NCBI GenBank assembly: GCA_964247055.1
Contig: OZ176053.1
Span: forward strand, 372,001-436,000
Source of the DNA: Paragordius varius
Taxonomy: Eukaryota; Animalia; Nematomorpha
Direction: 5' to 3'
Length of the DNA: 64,000 bases
Shown here: positions 39,723 through 52,900 of the stretch, piece after piece
Layout: the number at the start of each line of letters is the position of its first letter
How positions within the stretch are numbered: the stretch's first letter is position 1
Program-made: the position numbers and the translations under genes
Notes under the pieces: model-generated
Told to the model about the DNA's origin: nothing
What the model saw: the letters and a program-made list of their open reading frames with translations, nothing else
The model's database searches: none

Positions 39723-41303
39723 TTTTCAATTTAAATGGGCTTATATTAATTAGAGCGGGGACTTTTGAATCTTAATATAACTATCATTTATATAATACCA
39801 TACGATATCAACCTCACTACCCGCCTTATGTAAATATAATAAAACAAAACTAATAACCCGTTGTTTATTACACAAAAAATGTACACATATTATTTAATAA
39901 GGATTTTAAACATTTCAATACATTTCACGATCAATTATAAGATTAAATATGATTTAATAATATTAGTTTATTCCGTATTTTATATTAAAACATTGTTTCA
40001 TGCTTTTAAATTTTTAGTGGCTAAAAAAGATGGTTATTATAATATTCACCCGGCTAACTTTTAGGTTAATAACAAAAATTCATAAAAAAATTTCGCAAAT
40101 TTTTTTAATTTTATCAAAAATATACCAAATATTAAACCAAATTATATCATTTATCGCGTTTTTGTGTTAATTTTAATTTTTGTATTGGAATTTTAGATTA
40201 TAGTGTAATATATGTATGCATATATGTTTGCGAGTAAAGGGTATACTCTTAGAGTCAATATTAGCTTTTAAGATTAACATATACATTTCAATGTATCTCT
40301 CCATATACATATCTATTATATATAGTGAGGGTTAAAATAATCTCCTCTGTTCTTAAACGGACAAAACTGGTCCCAAGGACAACTCTGCCCTTTATATATG
40401 TATGGATGTATGTATTAGTTGTATGTATTAGTAAAAAAGTATATTTGAAAGTTGTTTTAAGGTTATTCTTATTTATCATTTGCAAAACACAACACAACAC
40501 AATCTATTTATAACTTATCAGTAATCTGTAATTAATTTAAAATATGTATAATCAAATGGACTATAGATTTCAGTCGACAGCTGATAAACTCAAATAAAAT
40601 CTAAATCCAGTTTTAGCTTTAAATAAAATTGTTTCATCACAGAAATAATGACCTATTCAAATTCCAATGGACAATCACTGTTTCTAAGGTAACACTCAGG
40701 TATGATTTATATCGAAACAATTTTATAGGTCATATCTTGCGATATGGCCCACATACACAAAAATTGAATTTGCGTTGTTTTTTGTTTGCTTATGGTGACG
40801 AAAAGTCTGATGAAATTTTTATCTTTATTTTATACATATTATAGTATAATACACCGACCACTTGAAAAGGGTAGGTTTTTTCGAGTTTGCTTTTTTGGAT
40901 GTGACCCCTTTTTTCTCGTGTAAAAATATCATGATGACTTGCAAAAATGTCCAATTTTGGGGGTGTTTTTATATTTTCGAGATTCGTTGGTTGACTTCAC
41001 ATTTATTTCTTTTCTGTTAGTATAATTAAACGAGAAATGAGTTATAAATAAATATATTATACATTTCAAATATCTGATTGAGTATGACCTAAAAATGTTA
41101 TTATAATACTAAAGCTATCTAGGTCACTTGTTTGAAGAAGGGTAATTACATTACTTTGCAGTTTAAGTTGCTATATCTTTAATTTTGTCGCGTTTAATAT
41201 CTTAATATATTTTGTTGATTAACGATCTACACATTTTTTTGTTTTATCATTTTCATCCATAGCTCAACATATACTATTCACACGTTTTAAAACCAAGTTA
41301 GTT

Positions 41304-43606
41304 ATGAATCAAAACGCTCTCCGAATATCTATTTTTACCAACCAAATCACAACATTACTCCTTATATACGCTTTCCTATTGACCACAACGGTAAACTCCC
41401 AAGCTATAAATATTGCTTCCTCAACAGAAAATAAAAATAAACCTAATGCTTCCTCTGTTATTTTAAATCCCGTAAATCCCGGCGCTATACCCAGAAAACA
41501 TTTTAACGAAACTGATCATTACAATAAAAATGGGAACAAAAGTTCAGGCGTAGAAAAAATGGAGAAGGATGTCAGGAAATCGATAGAACGCCGAAAAGCT
41601 AATCGAGGGAAACGTGGTATGTATTTTAAAATAAGAGTGCTTAGAAAGCAATTCTTTAAAAACTTGTACATAATCCTTTTTTCAAGTCCACCCTTTAACA
41701 TTTCAAGTTGTTCCCCTTGAATAATTGTATTTTGCGAGGAAATTGTCTGTTTAAGCGGTTTATGTTAAAAATGTACTGTACATTACATTTAATAAGCAGA
41801 GTACAGGATAATCGTTTGGTATTCGATTTAAAACGCAAATAATATAAAAAAAATATGACGCAAGTAAAATTATTGTAATTTTTTTTTACTAGTTATAAAT
41901 TAATTAACAATCATTACTTTGGTATTAAACAAAAATTGTTCAAATCAGCCTTTTAAAATATTAATAACAACAATTTTCCCCGTAAATGTATCAATCCATT
42001 TTTTATATTAACATATATGGTTATAGTTAACGGAGTCAATCCAAAGATTTGTGCTATTGTAACGAAAAATGATTCATACGCTTCTGATCAAATCTTTCCC
42101 CGTATAGATTACATAACGGATTATTTGTAAGTCTCTACTAGTTATAATTCAGAATTTACCCATAATTTTTAATATGTATCTAGTTTATTTGAATACTGTA
42201 AAAATGAAATTATACAGACAAAATATGCAAACATAGAAACACATGTTTTTTAAATGATCACTATACCTTTTTGAGCTTTGATTTTTAAATTATAACTCAT
42301 TGTTTTAAACTGCAAAGTTCCAATTAATTATATATTTTATGATTGTAATTAAATAGTATAAATAGTAAAAGGGTTGAAAAAGGATGATTGTCGTTGTAAA
42401 AAAATATTTGTTTTTTATTTTTTACGTTTTGTCCGCATAATTTCAATTTACTGTATAAATTAAATTTTTATTTTCATAAAATAACGATAAATTTACTGAG
42501 AAATATTGATTTTATAGTTCAGAAACTTTGATGATGGCCCGTGTAGGAAAGATCATTTATATACAAAACAATTTTGAAGGTCAGTTTCTGAGATCTGTGG
42601 GAAAACCTGGGATTTATGAGTTAAGCTCCAATTCTATGCACATTCTCAATATGATTTTCAGACTTGTCCCCAAAGCTCCATACATTATTGAATCAAATGT
42701 AAATTTTGATATTTTAGTCCAATTCTACAATAATTTAACACTTGACAAATAACATTAATTTCATATTTTTTTGATAAAGACTTTACTGTAAAAGTCGAAA
42801 ATTTAAATTTATATTTTTATAAGATACGCATTTCAGCTTAATTTTTAATAAATTTCATAATATATATAATGCGTAATTCTCTCAATTTTGTCAAACCAAT
42901 TATATTTTATTTTTAATAAATAGGTTGTAATCAAAGCCACAAACACATTACCCAAACATCACTACAAATTTTGTATGATTGAATTGGGGACGAATCATGC
43001 CATGGAACGCTGTGCCATGCCCAAAAAACCCAATACTACAGTATAAATCCCTCCCTTTTACAAATAAGCTTTAATTAGTTTTTTATCATTTAGAATTAGT
43101 TTTTTTTATCATTTAATATAAGTTGTTTTACAGTAAAAATAAATAGATATACGGACAAAACATAAAAATATAAAAAATATTATTTTCCAAGTCCGCTGTA
43201 CTGATTTTTCAAACAACTTATTATGTAAAGTTGCAAAGAAATATATATTGGTGAAACATCAATTATGTATTTTAATTAAATAGTTTATGTGGGAAAAATT
43301 AAGGTTTGAATAGTGTAATTGTCTTTTAAAAAATATTTTCTTTTTAATTTTAACATACTGTCAGTATAAATTTAATTTTTACTGTAAGTTATAAAAATTA
43401 AAATTTGCTAATATAAGTTTATATTCAAATATTTTTTGCAGAGTATATATACGCAAAATCCAACCGCCATTAAAGCCGAACAAGATGATCAATATAAGCA
43501 AAAAATTTCGTATTTCAATCACCATTTTGCCTCCCTTCTGCATTGGCCTAACGTTAAAGTAACAGGTGATCGGCACAGACTTTTTATTAAAATTGCAACG
43601 TGTTAA
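41304..43606 (+). CDS. Secreted protein of unknown family, paralog C (most divergent; possible furin site)
   Basis: Exons 41304-41616, 42027-42126, 42518-42698, 42924-43040, 43442-43606 (phases 1,2,0,0), open to stop. Signal-peptide-like segment, RGKR, ICAIVT..IFPRIDY, FCMIE..RCAMP, WPNVKVTGDRHRLFIKIATC*. Confidence 0.85.
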
Positions 43607-44131
43607 TTGATTATTATATATACCTTTATATTATAAATATATTATTTATGCAATTTATTTAACAAAATATGCATGTAAAAATCAGTGTTCAATAAATAAT
43701 TGTAATATCGAGTTATTAATATTAGCTGGGTAACACATGAATAACTTTCAAAAACTTTCGTAATTTTGCCTGATTTATATATTTATAAAAACTAAACTTT
43801 TAGAAATTTTCTGGAAAACGTGTAGGCCCATATTCCAAAATAAAAATAAAATATACATTATCAGCTCCGAAGTTAACTAAGCCGTTCTGTTTGAGAGAGC
43901 CCAGCAGTTTTTGCGCTAACTCATGAAAAAATAGGGGTTTTAGAAAGAGATTGAAGGTTTCGTAAAGGGGGTGTAGACCCAACCAGTTTCAATGATTTTT
44001 TTAAGTTTTTTACGAATGCCCCGAGGGTGATTGAGCCGTTTTTGAATAAGATTAGTCCCTAATTTCCCACTACCCCCCCAAAAAAAACAAATATTTTTGC
44101 GCATTTTAACAGATTAAATGTAGGCTAAGTA

Positions 44132-44298
44132 CAGTGTGCATTTTAATGGTTGCTTTTTTTACACTATATAGCTGAGCAATTTTCTACAGAGTAGTGTATG
44201 CAAAAAACGAAAAGCTAAAAATTATTTTTTTCCATATATTAATTGTTACAAATTGCCCTACTATAGTGTGAAATAAGCAACCATTAAAATGCATACTG
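44132..44298. mobile_element. ~168-bp MITE sharing terminal repeats with the 4.8-kb foldback element
   Basis: TA|CAGTGTGCATTTTAATG ... CATTAAAATGCATACTG|TA. Confidence 0.85.
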
Positions 44299-44628
44299 TA
44301 ATATATATTTTTAAATTGTTACGAATGCGCAAAGGTGGGGAGATAATTTTTCGGGTTAACCTTAGCCCAGATTTTCTCTCAAAAATAGGTTTTTTTGAAG
44401 CAATTTTTTGTAATACATGCAAACCTATCCGAACTTAAATACACTTATAAAAAAATCAATATACACATTGATTTCATACTTTGCAATTTTAAACAATAAT
44501 TTATATTGAATATAAGAAAAGAGTTAAAAGGTATGGTTGTCTTTTAAAAAACAATATTTGTCTTTATTTTTTTACCTTTTGTCCGTATAATTTAATTTTT
44601 ATTGTAACTGAAACTTTATATATATATA

Positions 44629-44924
44629 CAGTAAAAACTGAAATTATCCGGACACAACGTAAAAATATAAAGACAAATATTTTTTCCAAAAAGATAGTCA
44701 TACTTTTTAAATCATGATTTTTTTCAATATACCTCATTGTTTATAAGGTAAAGTTTGAAATAGAAATATATATTATTAACACAATCATTTATATATTTTA
44801 CAATTGTAACTATAAAAAGCTTATTTATGAAAGATTAAGGTTTTAAAAAGTATGGTTGTCCTTTAAATAAAAATATTTGTCATTATATTTTTATGTTTTG
44901 TCCCTATAATTTGAATTTTTACTG
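44629..44924. mobile_element. Intact M1 MITE
   Basis: TA|CAGTAAAAACTGAAATT ... TTTTTACTG|TA; 296 bp. Confidence 0.9.
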
Positions 44925-45791
44925 TATATAAATGGATGTTTATCAAATAAGCAATGAAGTATGTCTTTATTATTGCTTTATATCGTTCATCACTCTAAAA
45001 AACCATCATGTCATCAATATTTCATATGGTTAAAAAAATAAAAATATACCAGTTATTACAGTAAAAATTGAAATTATACGGACAAACGTATAAATATAAA
45101 TACAAATATTTTTTTTCAAAAGACAACTATACTTTTTAAATCTTGATTATTTTAAATATAGCTCATTGATTTTAACTGCAAAATAGTGATGTAATTGGTA
45201 ATATTTTCATTGAAATTACATAGTTGTAGAAAATATTAATGTTTTAATTAGTATGTTTGTCATTTAGAAAAAATATATTTGTCTTAAATTTTTACGTTTT
45301 GTCCGTATATTTCAATATTTACTGTATGTTATACTACAAAAGACAAAAGGATTATAGAATGGTTGATGTGATAAATTTGAACTAACATTGCACTGAATTC
45401 TATGAATTAATAAAGTAAATTCGATATTTCCTTCATACATTTCAAAAAATATATATCTCGAGTGATATTTTTGACTTGCAAATTTTTTAAGTCATGGCTT
45501 GCTTTAATATGATAAAAAATTTAACATTAGATGACTTAAGTCAAGCAAGAAATCCTGAGTTAGAGGTGATAAAAAATCATAAGATCAAGTAAAACTAAAG
45601 ATTTTTGCAGGGCACACTTGACAGATTTGAAAATATAGATAAAATTATTTTGGAAATTATTTATGTATATTATAAAGGTTTTTATTATATAATTAAAACC
45701 CTTGTTAATGCTATGAATTGTTTATTTGATAATTTTTGGCTAATTACAAACCTTCGTTTTACATAAAATAATAAACTCTAAAGGTTACACC

Positions 45792-46075
45792 TAGGGTTGT
45801 GCTGACCAAGTCATGACCCGGTCAATTGATCGGGTCATAAATGGATAGATATTTCAATAATGAAAGAAAGTGTAAAACAAACTCGTAAAACTTTATTTGA
45901 AATATCCGGTATTAAAAGCTAGGTAGTTGAAGATTCAGATGACATTATTAGTAAAACACAAGTGTCGTTCGAACATTATTTTCACAATCCAATATTTCAT
46001 AAGTATAAAGTGGTCATGACCATGGTCTGACCGGACTTCTTTGAAAAAGCAGTCAAATGCACACACACAACCCTA
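45792..46075. mobile_element. 284-bp hAT-type MITE with perfect 8-bp TSD
   Basis: GTTACACC|TAGGGTTGTG ... CACAACCCTA|GTTACACC; a fragment of its end (GTGCTGACCAAGTCATGACCCGGTCA) recurs at about 31107-31132. Confidence 0.9.
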
Positions 46076-46964
46076 GTTACACCATTAAAATATGTAAAGA
46101 GTTTATTTTATCATAAATTTCTTTATCCCGGGCGCTCAATATTCAGAAATAGTTATAATATTAAATAAGATACTAAAAACTTCAATAAATGCATATTGTA
46201 TTGATTGATCTTTTTGTGCCTTATTTCATAAATTTTGGCTGAAAATGATCAAAATAATTTCTGTAAAATTCGAATCGGGTGGCAAAAAAATATTACATTC
46301 ATAAGCAAAAGACTTGACTTAAATGTTTTTTTATCACCGATCTTCAAGTGTACACTTGCTGGCTTAAGTAAACTTGCTCAACTTGCCACGCTTGACTTAC
46401 AAGTCTCAAGTGCGACTTTTTTTTATCACCCTACCCCTTGTATCAATTTTAACCGATAACAAGTTATAAGCTAATAATTATTTTATAAACATTTATTTGG
46501 TATTCAATATATTTATACATGTATATAATATGAGTAAAAGTATATAGCTAAAATAAAAAGAAGGCCCATATACTAATTAAAAAAAACATGTAGTGTATTA
46601 AAATAAAATTTTATCAAAGTTACGAGGAAAAGAGTAAGGCAAAAATACAAAAATTTTGAATGTTATAAGACAAGGATTGTTGCAATTTAAAGCAGTTTAA
46701 TTAAATCAATTTTTATATTTCAACTTGACCTCATATAAAAACTCTAAACAACAGAGAGTTTGCAATCGTAAAAATACGATTAGAAACATAAAAAAAATAG
46801 TTTTTCTGATTTTTAAATCAAAATTCCCAGTAAATAACTAAACATGAATAGGGTCCATATTTTTGCCCCGGGTAGGTTGGAAAGCAAATGTCGTCGATTG
46901 ATTGGGTAATCGTTCGACGTGATAAATGCTTTGAAAATTTTGTTGTTGAACCTCGTCTTTATTG

Positions 46965-49900
46965 TTACCAGGGCTGGTGGTGTCTAATAATGTTTTTTCC
47001 CTTTGATAAATTTAGCTGACTATTAATATTTTTATTCAAAGGTTCTTCTTTTTGAAACAAATTAGAGGTATTCCTGGGATAATTGTCGAAATACTGAATC
47101 TGATTATAAGGTGATGACGGGTTTCCAGATCTTATCATATATGGCGAAAGATTGGTTTGAGGCGAATCGTCGATCAAGTCTATATAAAATTATATGGGTG
47201 TAAAACAGAATAAATGTTTAACACGCAGCGATTTAAATTTTTGCAGCCCGTGGGAAATTTAAATTTCAAATAGAAAATCAAACAAAATCTAAGTAAAAAT
47301 GATTTTTAAACAATCTTTTTGTATAAATCCTTTCGAATTTTGAAGCAATAACCTAGCCGTAAATGTTCATAAAAAATGGCATTTTTTACACTCTATGTTT
47401 GAAATCTAATAAAACATTTGTTAATTATCATATATTTTTCAAATGCAGCCCGAAAAAAACCATTTGTATTGGATACCTCTGGCATAAACAATTTTAACCA
47501 TTATAAAAAATATGATGTTGCTATTGATTGAACGATAAATATATACTTTTATCAAGATTTGGATATTTTTCGCTATTCGTTATGATTCTGTTAGAGTGAT
47601 GTGGATTTATACCATATCTTCTTATGAGATCACTACTAAAAATAAATGAAAAAAATTGTAGATGTCTAAAATTTAGAATAGCCATAAAAATATAATGAAA
47701 ATAATTTATTAAAAAACCAATTTTGAACATAGACTAAGAAAAATAAAGCTAAAGAAAGAATAAATAAAATATTGAGTTATCAAGAGCAAAAATGGGTATT
47801 TAAAATAAATCTTTACCAATTTATGGTTAAAAAAGCTTTAAGCTTTATATGTTTTGAATTCTGCAAATATTTTACCCATGCTATAAAAACTAGATTGGAT
47901 TTTTTTTAAAGAAAATTCCTTGTTGCATATACAATAAATAAGTTACTTTGCCCCAAAATTCCTTGTTTTTTCCTGTTGTTGAATATTCAAATCATTGCTC
48001 CTCAAATAATTTGGTTGATTTAAGGCATTGTAATTATAATTACACATTTCATTATATTCATTAACATTATTCCTATTATTATTAGGATATTCTTTGTATG
48101 AAAGCGACGTAGTAGTTGAGTATTTAGGCTGAGCACTGGAATCTATAAATTAAAAAATATAGCAAAAAAAAATCAAAAAATCATAAGTATAATAAAAAAG
48201 GCATATATTTTTAAATATGATTAAAAAAAATTAAAAAAGCTGTAAAATGCTATCATAAACACCCCGAATGTGGGTACACATATAAAATCAATGTTTATTC
48301 AAAAAATCAAAATACAATAGATTGCTGTGCCCGTAATGGCCTTGATTAGGTAAAAACATTTGGTTCGTAAGATTATACATATATAATATGAGTTAATATT
48401 CACAGTTTTCAATAATGATTAAATATACCATTTGCACTTCAAGAATGTTTTTGAATGCTTCAAGTTGGTCTTTTAACTTTTTTATTTTGTTCTAAACTAA
48501 CCGACCATTCATTTTTTTTATCACTTATAACCCATTGTCTTTATTAAACGTACTAAACTTAAATTAGTATAATTTTAGTAAAAATTAATATTATTGTACA
48601 GACATAATGTAAAAACTAGAAAATAAAATTATTATTTCAAAAAGGCATACTATAGTTTTCTAACAAAGTATATATAATTGAATTAATACCAATTAACATC
48701 TATCTCTATTCCATATTTTGCGAAACAAAAAACGATGAGTTATAATTTTGACTTTTTAGAAAAAAAAGTATTCTTTTTATTTATAAATTCCTACAAAAAA
48801 AACTAAAATCAAATATAATCTAAAATCATAACATATACCAAAGAAGGTAAGATCATTTTGATTGTGTTGAAGTTCTGATAATTGGTTTTGTGTTGTGCTA
48901 CTATTAATATTTTGTTGCTGAAAAGATGTCACATTCATATGGTGGTTAATAAGGTCAGAAGAATTTTGTGATGAATTCTGCGTTAAAAGAGCTATGAAAT
49001 CATCTTTGGTTAATAACTCAGAGTTTTCACCTATACAGTAAAAAAAAGTAAAATTATTACACATAATATATAAGCTAAATGATTACAATTGTTAATATGA
49101 TTGAAAATCTAAATTCCTAATTGACATCTTTATTCCATTTCAAAAACAATAAGTTAAAAAATTTAAGGTTATAAGGATACCTCGACGCTATACAGATTAC
49201 CCGGATAAATTTTCATTTTTTATCATACTATATAACTCTCTTTTTTTTAAAAAAAATTTGTCTTTTCGTTTTTGTGCCTTTAAAATTGCGGTTGATATTA
49301 TAAAGTAAAAATCAAAAGTCAAATATTATAAAGAAAATAAAGATGTAAATTGAATCAAGGTTCAACATTGTAATCATATAGTTTATGTATAAAATATCAA
49401 GGTTCTAAAAAACTAATCATTTATGTAAATTTTTTATTTTAAAATAAAAATTAGTATATTAATTATATATATTTCATAATTCCAATTCTATAGTTGGTTT
49501 ACAGTATGCATTTAATAGTTGCCACACTATAGTAGGGCAATCTGCAACACAGTAGTGTAGAAAAAAAGAAAGGAAATTATTGTTTATTTAACATTTTTTT
49601 GTTTTTTCCATACACTACTGTGTTTACTACAATATTGTGAAATAAGCAACCATTAAAATGCTGCATACTGTATATGACCAAAAAATAAGGTTCTCAAAAA
49701 AAAGTTTAGCATTTTCAATTTCAATTTTTTTAGTTTTTTTTGTCCCTTTAAAAGATATATAAATTTCTTACCACCCCTGAGAGCACATTTGGGTGGATAT
49801 GTGCCCTTGGTATTGGCCCGTGTATGCGAATCCCAGGAACGGAGATAACGTTGAATGGGGCAACATCTTACCCTTTGTATGTTGGAGGAGGCAATTAGTG

Positions 49901-52900
49901 TTGTAGCACAATTTGAACCACATCCTTCATCATACGGATTCTCAACAGACTATAATAAAATATCACCGCGTAATTTTATATTTAAGTCGAAATTTTAATG
50001 ACAGTTGAATTCGTAATATAATGATATTCATATCGTTTATAATTTCTGTTTATAATTATCTTTCTATTAGTTTTTATTTAATTTTCAGTTATCATTATAT
50101 TACGGATTTTACAACTGTTATTACAAAACATGATCAATCCGTCATTTTAAATGTGTTATATTTAAAAACAAAATATTCATTTTAAATGTGTTATATTTAA
50201 AAACAAAATATTCATTTATAAATTCAAAAATTTATTTTTCGAAACGACGTGACAGATTATACATTTTTGTTTAATTAACGTATGTCATTCCGTTTATATA
50301 TGGGAAGAACGGTTTTATACATACACCCAAAAAAAGTTTTAAAAAATAATTATAAAAGAATTTTTATTTCAAAATATATATATATATATATATATATATT
50401 TGAAGATTTTGTATAATTAATAATAATTCTTATGCAAGTATATATGGTGTAAAAGGTATGCTATTTATTTACAAAAACAAAAGTCAATATGTACTGTTTT
50501 TTATATAAATTTATAATGAAATTACATGAATAAGTTCAAACATAGAAAGGGGATATTATTTAAAGCAAGTCAAAAAGTCGCAATATTGATTTTTCTGCAC
50601 AAAATATAAAACTAGGAAGGCTTTTAAATAAAGAGTATAAAGGGCCCGATTCCATATTTACAATTCCGCGTATAGGCTTTATAGAAACAATATAAGGATT
50701 TCAAATTATAAACATTTTAAATATACTCACTCTATCTAAAATAATTTTTGTTTTACAAATTTTAGTGCCATAAAACATGGAAAAACCCCACTGAAAATAA
50801 AATCCCTTAAAAAGAAGCCAATACATATCGACAATTTTCTATAAATTTTATGATTATGATTTGAAAAAAACCGAAAACCTTAAATTTTCCCGTCACGTGT
50901 TCATTAGTGGTTCGCCCACGGGCTATAAGAACGGCATGGAACCCGCATAAACCCGAAATAGGAAGTATAAGGACCAGGGCTAGCGGGCACAGCGTTAGAG
51001 TCGTAATGCCAGGGGGATTGACTAAATGCTTGAAATTTTGAATAACGTACAACAGGCTGAATATAAGCACGGTCAAAGCATGGATCATAAGCAGGACGAG
51101 GAATATGAAAAAGTATCTGTGTGTGCAATATATGCGAAAAAAATGGGAAATTAATGCAAAATATTAGTTAGTTTTTTATATGTTTAGCCACAAAGCCTTC
51201 AATTATACCATTTACAATTCAATTTCACCCTTAAACATTTCAAATTCACGCTTGAGCAATTCAAATTCACCCTTGAACAATTCAAATTCACCCTCGAACA
51301 ATTCAAATTCACCTTCAAATAAAATATATGTTTTTTAAGTTAAAAATTACCTCTATTTTATATATTTTTAAAAAATAAAAATTTTGTTTTAAATTAAAAT
51401 AATACTAAAAAAAATAATAAACTATACCATAAACATATATTTATATTAATAATGAGTTATATAAGTTGGAAACACACAATTTATTTTTAGGGTGAATTTG
51501 AATTGTTCAAGGGTGAATTTGAACTGTAAATGGTACATTAAAAATTCTCTAGAGTGATCGTTATGCTTGTTAACTTTACAAGTGGTTAAATTCGCAAAAT
51601 AAAATTGGGATTAATAAATTTTAATTTTTCAAAAGTAAAAAGAAAACCCATTTGTTGGTACAAGCGCGCAGATAATTTATCAAATAAGGCAAACAATATT
51701 CGGTTATATAATTGAAGCTTGTTCTGAAAAAAAAAACAACAAAATATTCAAAAAATCCCCTTAATACTTGTATGTCATTAATTCTATTCACAAATTTTTT
51801 ATATTGTGTTCTTTCCAAAAACAATTTTAGTATCTATCTAAATTAATATAGTACAATAAAAATTAAAATTATACGGATAATTAAACATATAGAGAAAAAT
51901 AATTTTTTAAAAGACCGCTGTAATTTGTTAAACTTGATTTTTTAATTTAATTATAATTCATTGTTTTCTGCAAAGTATGAAATAAAAAGTAAATTGTTAA
52001 TATATTGAATCACATATTTTTGTAATTAAATAATTATATATAAAACAAATTAAGGTTTAAAAAAGTATGGTTGTTTTTTGGAAAAATAAAATATTTGTCT
52101 TTATCTTATTTGTACAACTTCAATTTTAACTATACATCTCAAGCTTAATCGTTTCAAAAAAACTACCGATAATTCCCTCGCCCAATGCAATTATGCAGCC
52201 ATGGGCAATGATGATCAAACGTTTCAATACATGCATTACAAACGCTGCAATGAGAACACCGAGGTGGCCGATAAAATTTACACGTGTCACACCATTTAAG
52301 TTGAACGGTTAGGCCCTTGATATGAATGGCTTGGTACAAGGGTGCCCGATAATTTGGTTCAGAAGCTGTGCGATACAACTCTTCATCCGTGCCAGCTCGT
52401 GGAAATATGCCAGGATCTAAAACGATGCAGGCCAGGAAATTGACAAGTAGTGCCGTAAACAGAATGGCATGTAGGTATAGTGTGATGCGTTGAGGTGTGA
52501 AATACATTTGACGGACAGCATACCAATAAGGGGCACTTAACCAAGGGATTTGCCAATCTTCATTATTAAAGGATAGTAGTGTCTGAGATGATGACATATG
52601 AAATGATGTAGGGGTGGTGGGCATAGGCCCCTTGATGCCATGTTGCATATCAGCTGATTTTAGATTTTTTGTTAGCGTTGAGGTGTAGGGATTATATTTT
52701 GGGTAATACCATAACCATTGACCTGGCCCGTAAGCATAAGCCAGGGCCGTACCCAACAAAAGAGTCCAAGCCATGTACAAGGGCAAAATATCGCCCATAC
52801 ATTTATTACATTGTCTTTTGTATGTTTTCCAACTTTTTTTATTATGATCTGTCGTAGTATCTGAAGCAATGATAACATTTACATCATCAACATCGTGTCC

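Noticed and set aside
48054-48056. TAA reassigned to a sense codon in this organism
   Set aside because: LSM8, Phox2, NIP7, PTIP and the three secreted paralogs end at TAA where their homology or reading frame ends.
51621-51824. ORF in ZDHHC intron 2 as an extra exon
   Set aside because: Has an acceptor but no phase-2 donor, and the flanking exons already join as NYR|YFF.
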